From contig NC_067400.1 of assembly GCF_016432865.1 (NCBI RefSeq), positions 611,960,269 through 612,004,000 of the forward strand: 43,732 nucleotides of DNA, given 5' to 3'. The notes beneath the pieces were generated by a model that saw nothing but the letters and a program-made list of their open reading frames with translations, was not told where the DNA came from and did no database searches. Below, in pieces: positions 33,401 through 43,732 of this stretch. Source of the DNA: Antechinus flavipes. Its lineage: Eukaryota. The position numbers were made by a program, and so were the translations under genes. Numbering within the stretch: position 1 is the stretch's first letter; each line of letters starts with the position of its first letter.

Positions 33401-34530
33401 AGACTTAGGTGGCAGGGCCTGTCCGGGCACTTGGCAGGTGTCCCCCGTGACGACAATTGAGGTGCTGCCCTACAATGAGAACTGTCCATACTTGGCTCCC
33501 TTTCTCCTTTCTGCACTCCGAGAAGCAGGTTCTCACTTCATTAACTAAAGTAACCAGATGGCAAAATGCTCAATCCCACAGCTAAGTGTTTTCATCAGCA
33601 CATTATCTAGTGCGCACGTACGGGCTTTGCCAAGGCTAGTGTAGTTTCATGACTTATCACAGGACACCATCTCACAAGCTCTTAAGACTACTCCGGATAG
33701 ACGTGTGCTTTGGAACATACAAAACTGGCTGTGATTCAGTTTTTATTTAGGGATAAGTGAAGAGAAAAATGGGACACTGTTCTGAAATATCAAATATCAA
33801 GGGAGTCCTTGATTAGTTGAGTTCCCTAGTTCACTTGTTGAAGTTATAGTTTTTCATGTATTGCTTGCCATCTAGGGGAGGGGGTGGGGAGGAAAAGAGA
33901 AAATCTGCAACACAAGGGCCAATGTTATCAAATTATCCATCATATTTTGAAAATAAAAAGCTTTATAAAAAAGAAATTATAGTTTTTGAGTGTACCCATT
34001 TGCAAAACGCTTATATGGTAGATGGGCTGGTGAATGACCTACCATGTGCGCTGAGTTTAATCTTTGTGTAAATTTTCAAATTCGAGATTTTTCTGTCTGC
34101 CAATAAAAATGTAAAATCACACTTTAGAAAGACTTTTAAAGTTAGAAAAAAAATAAAGCACAGGACCCAGCACAGATGCCTACGGTTCCCCATTAGAAAC
34201 CTCTGGCCACGCTGGCGCCAAACAATACTTGGAACCTAACAATCCAGACAACACTGATTCTATCTGAATGTCTCATTATTGAATCCATAGTCCTCCATCT
34301 TCTTCTCAAGGATGAGATACTAACAATTAATTGCTCCTTCCTCCTCTTTCTCCCTCTCTCCATCTCGCCTCCAACATAAAACTAGATTATTTTGATTTGA
34401 CTTTTGTACCTGCCCATCTCCATTCTGACCACCATTTCCCAACACATAGGCAATCCACAACATGACGACACACCCTTTTTCATACAAGGAAACAAAATTC
34501 TGGTTTGCTGGTTAAATGTTATTTGGTTGT

Positions 34531-34690
34531 GGGCAACTGGGTGGCGCAGTGGGTAGGGCACCAGCCCTAAAGTCAGGAGGACCCGAGTTCAAATCTGACC
34601 TCAGACACAATACTTCCTAAGCTGTGGAAGCAAGTCACTTAACCCCAGTTGCCTTAGCAAAAAAAATAAAAAATAAGTAAAATAAAATAA
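34531..34690 (+). mobile_element. WSINE1-like SINE
   Basis: gggcaactgggtggcgcagtggg...gagttcaaatctgacctcagacac...gccttagcaaaaa. Degenerate TSD aaatgttatttggttg / aagagttacttggttg. Confidence 0.85.
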
Positions 34691-36316
34691 GAGTTACTTG
34701 GTTGACAAAGTCAATAGGCTACTCTGCTTACAATTTAGCTTTCCTCATCCTTGTAGATTTTACTCAAACTGGTATCTAAAAGTGGATTATTTTCATTTAC
34801 AACTCGTTTTGCCAAATGCTTTTCCCTCCATCCAAAGAAAGTAAAATTACATTTTCAATGGCCTTCATCTTGAGAACATCCCAGTAAAATATCATAGGGG
34901 AGGATAGGAGAGGAGAGACATGGTACTCTAGAGTTACACATTTTAGATTGCTGAAGGTTATTATAGGATTTTGAAGATAAAAAATCCTTTTTGCTCAAAT
35001 TTAATTACATGAGTTAGTATTTACATTCTACCATTAAAAAACACAATGTATATTTTTAAAAAGTTATTTGAGTAGAGTTTTTTTTTCCTTCTGTTTTCTA
35101 AATCTGGTGGTAGAAAGATTCTTCAAGGGCAAAGGAAGACAAAACTTAAGGATCTGGGAAATGTACATGTCGCCAAGCATTTTTCTACCTTCCAATGGCT
35201 TCCCGGTGCAAACTTCTGGGAGAAGGCAGATGCTGTCACGAGCAGGTTTTACGTTCTGCCTCTCTACTATTTTCCCCCTTCACAAATTCCCCGTTTAAGT
35301 CACCTCTCCAAACTTGGCATTCTATCTCCAGAAATACTTCTCACCAAGGTGTGATGGGTAAGGTGTCCTAGGTGAAGACTTCTCTGATCTCCTTCCTCCC
35401 GTTGTCAGTTTTCTTCCATTTCCCCAAATGACCTTGCAGTACATTTGGCACACAGTTTGTATTTGCCTCTTCCCCTGCCCCTGATAGAGTGTGAGCTTTT
35501 GCAGGACAGGGGACGTCCTCCTTCCTGGAATAATCCAGGAATATAAAGTGATTTTCACCGAAGAAGTTCTTGATCAGTGTTGAATTCAACTGAGCTTATC
35601 TGGATCTCGAGATTCTACGATAGAACATAGGGTCTCGCAATCATATAATGACAGTTAGGAGCTTGAGGGCTTCGTATAATAGTTCTCTAAAGTCCCACCC
35701 CGTTCTACACAATCATAGTCTTATGAACCCACTATCAACCTTTGTTTTCAGTCATGTGTTCAATTGCATCTTAACTGTTTTTTTGGCAGAGTGTGATTTG
35801 CCATTTCATCTTCCCATTCATTTTACAAATGAGGAAACTGAGGCAGGAAGGGTGACGTGACTTGTCCAGGGTCACACAGTTAGTGACTAAACTCATGCTG
35901 TTATGGGTCCCCCCTGACTCTTACCTTGGTCCTGAGATTGAAACAGCCTTTCTCCAATGAACCCAGCCAGAGGACCATAGGGTCTGTCTTTGGCTCTGCT
36001 CCTCCCCCTCCTTTGACCGTAGTATTTGAGGTCCAGGATTCTCATTCCTCCACCATTCTTACTGATCTTTAACAAGGCAACTAAAGCTGGGAATAGACTG
36101 TCATAATGATGCCCGAATCAAGGGTTGTTCTTCCAAGTTCAGGCTACTTTCCTAAAGAGTTATATAGATATGGGAAGAGAAAGGGCTCATGGGTAGCTTC
36201 AGGACTGCTGTCCGGTCCTACCAGCATGTAATAAATAGTTCAATCCAGCATAGAAATCTGGGAACGTATTGCCCCTAAGAATTCTAGGTCTCCTCCCCTG
36301 CCCCCCATCCCAAACT

Positions 36317-36350
36317 TGAACTCTGCCCCAAGTCTGGTTAATGAGTTACC
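36317..36350. promoter_or_regulatory. HNF4-like DR1 and HNF1-like site in PRODH2 proximal promoter
   Basis: TGAACTCTGCCCC 36317-36329 (reverse GGGGCAGAGTTCA) and GGTTAATGAGTTACC 36336-36350, 140-175 nt upstream of the ATG. Confidence 0.5.
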
Positions 36351-36492
36351 CATCCCCTATCCGCCCACCAAGGAGCCACTGACCCCAACTGTGCTCCCCT
36401 CAGTTAATTGGTCATATGCCATCTGAGAGGTGGTTCCATTGATTGCCCTAAGGCTCCCTTCTGTTGAGGCTCGAGTCTGGGATTCAGGCCGA

Positions 36493-39400
36493 ATGCTTCG
36501 AAGGGGCCGACTGCTACTGTCCCGGGGGGTTTCCCAGCTGCAGGGTTCAGGAGCCCAGAGGCCCGTTTTGCGGTTTGATGGAGAAGCTTTCCGTCTCAAA
36601 AGGACGGGGGAACTAGTCCGGGCTTTGCTGGTGCTTCGGCTCTGCGCGTGGCCCCCGTTGGTCACTCATGGTCTGACGGTGAGTGTCCTTTGCTCCGGCC
36701 TTGGGGTCGGCCCAATTCCGATTCTAAAATGGTTCTGCAGTTCTTTTCTGCTTGTAATTCTCTCTTTCCTCCTTCCTGTCGCCTAGCTTCTCTCTTGGTC
36801 TCGGAGGCTCCTGGGTTCCCGGCTCTCTGGGGCTCTACTCCGGGCTTCGGTGTATGGGCAGTTTGTGGCCGGGGAGACCACGGCCGAGGTGCAGGACTCT
36901 GTGCAGAGGCTCCAGGGACTGGGGCTGCGGCCCCTGCTGGCTGTGCCCATTGAGGAGGAGCCGGGGACGGATCGGGGAGGGTGAGAACGTGGATCCGGGG
37001 AGGGGGAAACGGAGGGTGGGGCTGGACAGTAAAAGCTGCAGGGGGGGGGGGGCAGCAGGATCCTGACAACTCAGCGTCTCTTTCTGGTCTGCAGAGAAGC
37101 CTGGTACGAGGGCAACCTCCACGCCATGCTGCACTGTGTGGACCTGTCCTGCGGGCCCCCGGACTCCCCGCAATCCCAGCCAGTGCTCATGCAGCTCAAA
37201 GTGACCGCCCTGACCAGTGCCCTCCTCTGTGTAAGAGAGCTGAGATGGGGAGGGGGTCCTGGGCCTAAAGCCGACTCCCTGAACCATGTGCCCCCTTGCT
37301 CATTTCAGAAGGAACTGACGCTCAGGCTCGGGGAGCCCCACACCGCCAAGGAGCTGAGTCCCGAAAGGCTAGCTGCCGCCATGGAGAGCGGTGAGGTGAG
37401 CGTCTCCAAGCACCCGTTGGCCCCCAGCGCTTGGGGACATCTCCCTGAAGCCCCCGAACCTGAGCTCTGCTCTCCCTCAGGACCTCGGGATTTCCAGTCT
37501 CAGTTCTGAGCAGAACCAGCATCTCGGAGCCTCCCTGAACCGCTTCCACCGCATCGCTCAGGTAGCCTCGAGCCTCAGTCCCAAGATCCGAGCTCGGGCC
37601 CAGTCCTCCTCCCACCCGTGGCCTCCTCCCGGCCCGGCCCCTCCTGACCGCCCCGCACTCTCCCCCTCCACAGTACGCCCGGAGCCGGGGGGTGCGGCTG
37701 CTGGTGGACGCCGAGTACACGTCTCTGAACCCGGCCCTGTCCCTGTTCGTCTCCTCCCTGGCCCAGCGCTGGAACTGCCCGGAGGCGGCGGGCGGGGATG
37801 GGACCCCCTGGGTGTGGAACACCTACCAGGCCTATCTGCAGGTAGTTCCGGGAGCCACGGAGGAGCGGGGGTGGTGGGAGCCGGCGGGGGTCCGGTGGGA
37901 GCGGGCGGGGACCTCACGCCTTCTCCGCCCCCCAGGACACGCACGAGCGGCTGACCCAGGCAGCGGAGGAGGCAGCGCGCAAAGGCCTGGGCTTTGGGGT
38001 GAAGTTGGTCCGCGGCGCCTACCTGGAGAGCGAGCGGGCGCTGGCCCGGCAGAGGGGGGCGGCGGACCCCACCCAGCCCGACTACGAGGCCACCAGCCGA
38101 AGGTAGGGGGGACGGAAGGGGGGGGATTTGGGAGGGCGGCGCCCCCGGGGAAGGGCCCGGCTCTGCCGGCGGCTCCCGTGTCTCCCTCTCCCTCTTCCCC
38201 TTCTCCCAGTTACAGCCGCTGCCTGGAGCTGATGCTGGGACACGTTGGCCGCCGGGGCTCACGGTGTCAGCTCATGGTCGCTTCCCACAATGAAGAGTCT
38301 GTGCATCAGGCGGTCAAAAGGTAAAGTGGGGGGTGGGGGGGGCCGGGAGTGTCCCCACGGAGGGGACAAGAGCAAAGACGAGGGGCTTGGAGACTCCGAC
38401 ACTGGGGGGGGGGGGAGGCTGCAGAGGTGACCATTTCAATCCCCTTATTTCAAGGGGGAGAGAACTGGTCCAAGATGCTTCAAGGATCCCCAAGCTTTCT
38501 GGGAGGAAGTGGCAGATCTAAAGATTAGGCTGATCTCTCCATCACATCAAGAGAGAGATCTAGGATTCAGGGAAAATGGGTGCAGCTCTTCTGGCCCGTG
38601 GGCGCCTTCCTCACCCGACTGCATCGGGATATTCGGTGTAAGGGAAGGAAGCTGGACTGACCTGGCTCAGGGGCCACAGACATTCCTAGAGCTGGCAAGC
38701 CACAATTACGTCATTGAACCTCCCCAGTCTCAGTTTGCTCATCTGTAAAACGGGTACAATCTGTTGTCCTTACCCCAAAAGGTTGTTGTAAGGCTCAAAT
38801 GAGATCCTGTGGCTCTTTTGTTAATATTTTTGGGACTTGACTTTTCTGTAACTGAGTCTCAGTCGGCCCAGCCAATGTGATTGGTACCTGTCAGTGCATG
38901 GCTCCGTACTGGGCGCTGGAGAGTCAAAGACAACAATGAACTAGTCTCTGCCAGCGAGGGGCGCGTGTTCTTGGGGGGCATAAAACACGTTCACAGATGG
39001 AACACAAAAGCCAGAGGGGGAAGAGAGAATGGGGAAGTGAGGGCAGCGAGAAAAGCTCGTACAGACTAGGGAGGCGAGGCAGGCCTTGGGGACCGGCCCG
39101 GGTGGGCGAGTCGAGCTGGAGAGGCGCGGTAAGAGAGAAAGCTCGGTGACGTCCGGGGCTGGATGGTGGGAGGGACAACCCCCCCACCTTGCCCGCAGGA
39201 GTGCTCTCCCTCTCCCAGAGCGTGTGCCCAGGGGAACGAGGCAGGCCCACGCTAAGCCGTGTCCCCGGTGCCCAGCAGAGCCCCCACAGTGTTTATTGGA
39301 GGATATTAACCTTGCTCTCCAATGCCACAGGATGTCTGACCTGGGCATTCCCCCGGACGGGCCCGTGTGCTTCGGACAGTTGCTGGGCATGTGCGACCAC

Positions 39401-39763
39401 GTCTCCCTTGCCCTGGGTATGTGTTCCTGGCACCCACCAGCCTGTTCTCCACCCCCGAGATAGGCAAGATTCCCAAGGGGGGAGCGGCTTTTTCCCTGAA
39501 CCGCTCGTGGTGGGTGGGAGAGTGAGGGCCAGGGCAGAGGGGAGGCCAGGGAAGGAAGCAGTCCTGCCCCAACCCTATGTCTCCTCTCCCCAGGGCAGGC
39601 CGGCTACGCCATCTACAAGTCCATCCCCTACGGCTCTCTGGACGAGGTGATTCCCTACCTGTTGCGCAGGGCCCAGGAGAACCGGAGTGTGCTTCAGGGG
39701 GCCAGGAGAGAGCAGGGTCTGCTGAGCCAGGAACTCCTCCGACGGCTGTCTCGCAGCCCTTAG
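36493..39763 (+). CDS. PRODH2: Hydroxyproline dehydrogenase (proline dehydrogenase 2), 461 aa
   Basis: Exons 36493-36678, 36787-36980, 37095-37230, 37309-37395, 37481-37561, 37674-37841, 37936-38102, 38210-38320, 39331-39416, 39594-39763 (TAG), all GT-AG and in phase. Motifs LVLRLCAWPPLVTHGL, LLVDAEYTSLNPALSL, GVKLVRGAYL, MVASHNEES, FGQLLGMCDHVSLALG, YKSIPYG. ATTAAA at 39825-39830. Confidence 0.97.
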
Positions 39764-40449
39764 GGCGTCGCCCCGCGTTTCCACCTCATCTCTGGCCTCT
39801 CCTCTCCTCACCCCAACATCTGACATTAAAGATCCCTAAGAAAACCCTCAGCCTCCGTCTACAGCTGGGGCCAGGAAATGCCCTTCACTCGCTGCTGCCT
39901 CTGGACCTCGGTCCCTTCCTCTACAACATGGGGGGCTGGGCAAGACCCTGAGGGGGGTCTGCCCCCCCTTTGTGGGAGTAGACGCTGGGAAGCTACCTTG
40001 GTTTCTGAGACCTGTGAGGTGTCCCAGGGCAGGGTTTCAAGGCCAGGGTCTTTGCGCCTTCATCGGCAGAACGGGCAGAGGTCTGAGGGGTGTCTGGGGT
40101 TCGTGGCTCTAGGCAGCTCCCAGCGGCCCACTCTGGGGTCTCTGGCTGAGGAAAGCCTGGAGGGGTCTGGAGAACGCTAAGGGGACAGCGGCTTCTCAGA
40201 ACTGAGTGTCGAGAATGCGGGGTACAGCTCCATCTCCGAGACCCTTTCTCAGGGGTTTCTCTCTAGAGGAGGGAGCTGGAAGGTCTCCTGTTCTGTGCCA
40301 TCCTTGAGGGCTAGCTGATGGAGGCTGAGGGGGGGGGTCCTCCAGGGAGTCAACCAGGGAAAGGATCACTCCATGGAGTCTCCATAAGGAGACCCCCAAT
40401 GGGATCCCTCTCTCTAGTCTTTGGGAAGAAGCTTACAGGGCAGAAGTTG

Positions 40450-43160
40450 AGGAATGGATCCCTCTACTGAAGTCCTGAATGAGGGAGCAGCTCAGGTGGT
40501 CTATCTGGATCTGTGGGTTCTCTCACTGGAGGGGAGGCACGTTCTCTGGGGGAGATTTAGGGGACCCTGGGAGAACTGAAGAGGCTCAGGGGGAAGCAAA
40601 GAGAACTCCCTATGGAGTGTTTGGGGAGGATGTCCCAGGGGATAGAATCCCTTGGGGTCTTTGAAGAAGCTAAGGGGAGAATTGCTCAAGAGAGGGGAGT
40701 GCCAGTCTGTGGAGTTTTGGAGGGGATGTCTTTTGGTTTACAAGCTGAGGGGAATCCCTCAGTTTGTGGGGTCTCTGGGAGGGTAGAAAGGGTCTCGATC
40801 TATGGAATCTGTGTGGGGTGAGAGGAATCCCTGTTTGTACTCTCCAGAGGATTGGGTATCCACAATCTAGATCTGGGAGGATCCTTTTTAGAGATTTATT
40901 CCACAGGGGGATGGGGAGGTGGGGAGTGTGTATGGGGTGGGGGGCTGGGGAGCCTGAAATAAAGTCCTTAAGTTTGGGAGATCTCTGGGAAGGGACTCTT
41001 GGTCTGTAAGATCTGAGGAGAATAGGTTTCTGTATGAGGTCTGGAAAGTTACCCTTGGTTTCTAGGGTGGGTAAGGGGGGGACTTCCTGTCTGTTAAGGG
41101 GGTCCTTTGGTCTCTGGAGTGGGATAGGAGTGACCCTTGGCTTATGGGATCTGAGGATCTATGGGGTTTGAGGAAGGAATCAATCTATGGCACATGAGGA
41201 AATCTCTGACTCAGAGCTGAGTGGGAGGTGGTCCCTCCATCAATGAGTCCCTTTCTGAGGTCCTAGCATGGGAAGAAGGAGGGTTCCCAAGTTTAAAGGT
41301 CCCTGGAGGTCCGAAGTTTAGAGAGTTGGGGGAGTTCAGGCTGTGAGATGTGAGGGTACCTGCCTCAGGGATGAAGTGAGTAGGTCCTACAGTATGTAAA
41401 GTGAGGTTAAGGGGGGTGTCTCAGTCTGTAGGGGGCCCCTGGTCTCCAGGGTGTGCATGATCTGTGAGGAGGGTCCTGAGCCTATGGGTTGGGGTGAAGG
41501 TAAATCCCTTAGTCTGTGGGGTAAGGTGAGGGGGGTCTCTAGCATCTAGGAAGGAGTAATTTCTAGCATAGAGGGGGGTCCTTTGGTCTGTGGGATGAGG
41601 AGGATCCCTCAGTCTGTGAGAAAGGATACTGCGGGTCTCCAAGTTAAGGTGTATGGGACCTTCATTCTGTGGAAGCCCGGAGGAAGGTAACCTTTTTTAG
41701 GTGGGATAAGAGATCTTTCCAATCTATAGGGTCTGTGGAAGGCTCCCTCAACCTGGGTGGGTGGAGGAAAGCATGGGGAACGTCCCTGAAGTCTGTGGGG
41801 TGAGGGGACTTCCTCAGTCTGTGGTTTGGGGGAGGGAGTTCTGGGTCTCTACGTTAGGGTGAGAGGAGTACCCCTTACTTATAAGGTCAAATGAAAGTGT
41901 CAGTTTTTGAGGTCTGTGGGGGAGGTGTTCCTCAGTCCGAGATGGGAGTCCCTTAGTCTGGGGAATTAATCAAGTCCCTGACTATGGAGCAAGGTGGAAG
42001 GGACCCTCAGTCTCTAGGAGAATGAGAGCCCTTAAGTCTCTAGGAACGATCCTTCAGTCTCTAGAGAGGGAAAATGAGGTGGATATCTCAGTCTATAAAG
42101 AAGGTGAAGGGGATCCCTTAGCATCTAGGGAAAAGAAAGAGGGGTCCCTCAGTATCATGGGGTGAGGGGAATCCTTATGTCTCTGGTGGGGTGAGAAGGG
42201 GTACCTCCGTCTTTAGGAGGACGAGAACAGTCCCTTATTTGGGAGGGATCTCTCAGGTGCTGGGAGTTGAGGGGGACCTTCAGTCTTTACAAGGGAGAGG
42301 GGGGATCCCAGTCTCCAAGAAACAAAAGAAGCCTCTCAAGTCTCTACGGGGATGAGGGGACTCAGTCTCTGAGAGATAAGGGAAATTCCCCAGTCTCTAA
42401 GGGGGAAGAGGGAGGGTTCTTTCAGTCTTTGGGCAACAGAGGGGGTATCTCCAGTTTCTGAGGAAGGTCTTTTGAGAGGGTGAAGGGCGTCTTCCAGTCT
42501 CTACACAATGGGAGGTCTCATTGCTAAGGAGGGTGAGGGGATCTCGCCAGGCTCTAAGGAGGTGAAGGGGGTTTCTCAGTCTCCAGGAGGATGAGGGCGG
42601 CCCTCCAGTGTCTGAGGGGGTGAGGAAGGTCCATCCGTCTCTGAAGGTCTGAGGGAGACCCACTTTCTCAGCTGGGTGAAGGCGTCTCTCAGTCTCTATG
42701 GGGCGGGTGAGGGGGAATCCCTCCAGTCTCTGAGGGAGTGTGTGTGAAGGGGCCCTTCCAGTCTCTAAGGGGGTGAGGGAGCGCTCTCAGTCTCTAATGG
42801 GTGTGAGGGGGAATCCTCCAGTCTCAAGGGGTCCCTTCAGTTTCTACAACAGAGGTGAGGGGGGCCTCTCAGTCTCTAAAAAGGGTAGAGGGGATCCCTT
42901 TAATCTCCCCGGAGGAGGGATGTTCATCTAAATCTCTAACGGACATGGGAGGGGTCTTTTCAGTCTCTGGGGGTGAAGGAAATCTCCAAGGGGGGTGAGA
43001 GAGGTCTCAGTCTTTAAGGTGGGGTGAGGTATGGGGGTGAGGGAGACCTCAGACTTTAAGGGGGTGTGGGGATCTCTAAGGGGAAGATGAAAGGTTTCCA
43101 AGGGGAATTTAGGGGGGTCCTCAGATCTTTAAGGAGGGGATGAGGGGGTCCTCTCAGGTC
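40450..43160. repeat. Degenerate G-rich tandem array (~28-35-nt unit with core cagtctct)
   Basis: Recurring cagtctct(a/g)...gggtgagggg...ccct units, strongly G-skewed on +, CpG-poor, no long ORF. Confidence 0.65.
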
Positions 43161-43189
43161 TCTAGGAAGCTATAGGCCGAGGAGGAGGT

Positions 43190-43500
43190 TCTGTCTCTGT
43201 CCACCGCGGCTCCGGCGCGTCTGACGTCACTAACGGTCCTCAACGACCCCGGGTCCCCTCGACAGCCCCACCACGTTTCCCCGGCTTCTAGGCTCACAAG
43301 CCGCTCCCACTGGGCAGGCGCAGTGCGCGTGTGGGGGAGGGGAGGGCGAGGCGAGCCACGGCGACATCGTGCGCATGCGCCCCCTCTTCTCCCGCCCGCC
43401 GCCCTTGACAACGAGCCCAGTCCCCAAACCCAGGTCGGGGCGGTGCCCAAACGGCCGCCCTTCGAGGCTGCTTCCCCCCACATCTCCCCCTACGTCTGTC
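43190..43500. promoter_or_regulatory. CpG-island promoter-like element of an unidentified transcript
   Basis: Abrupt CpG enrichment, CRE TGACGTCA 43222-43229, NRF1 motif TGCGCATGCGC 43370-43380, possible donor CAG|gtcggg at 43434. Confidence 0.55.
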
Positions 43501-43732
43501 CCTCTTCCTCGATCCTCCCCCCACTGCCCTCCCCCCAGTTTTTGTGATCCCTCTACTTGAGTGTCCCTCCCCACACCCCGTCCCCTCCTCTCCTTCCCAG
43601 AGCCCCTCTTGGGAAACCCCCAGACCCCTCCCCTCTGACCCGCCGCTCCCGGATCCCCTCAGACCCCTCCCCCTTCCAAATCTCCCCTAGGACCTCCACC
43701 CTGTCCCTGCTCCTCCTCCGTCCCGCCCGCCC

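Noticed and set aside
35110-35340. Stop-free stretch (KILQGQRKTKLKDLG...GANFWEKADAV) after a pyrimidine tract
   Set aside because: No recognisable homology and no convincing donor, so it cannot be supported as an exon.

Overview
Vertebrate nuclear DNA from a marsupial, most likely an Australian dasyurid-type genome (WSINE1/MAR1-type SINEs, marsupial L1 tails, marsupial-type ND5 NUMT). It is syntenic with human 19q13.12. Gene order, from exons I spliced by hand using GT-AG sites and phase continuity: HCST exon 1 (-, window start), NFKBID (+), APLP1 (-, 17 exons, 641 aa), KIRREL2 (-, 15 exons, 709 aa), a ~15 kb repeat-rich interval, PRODH2 (+, 10 coding exons, 461 aa), a G-rich degenerate array, and an orphan CpG-island promoter at the end. 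Most notable observations: (1) I find no NPHS1 (nephrin) between KIRREL2 and PRODH2, where human and mouse carry it head-to-head with KIRREL2. (2) NFKBID has no in-frame AUG before ankyrin repeat 1, but has a CUG in strong context in exon 1, suggesting a non-AUG-initiated long IkBNS with a degenerate OCA-like helix. (3) Tandem Roquin CDE hairpins are bracketed by two ATTAAA signals. (4) An mt-ND5 NUMT is present. (5) The APLP1 transmembrane helix is APLP2-like. No prokaryotic-type system (CRISPR etc.) is present. Most ORFs in the supplied track are GC-rich or repeat artefacts. Gene identities and human/mouse comparisons rest on recalled protein sequences, not on database searches.
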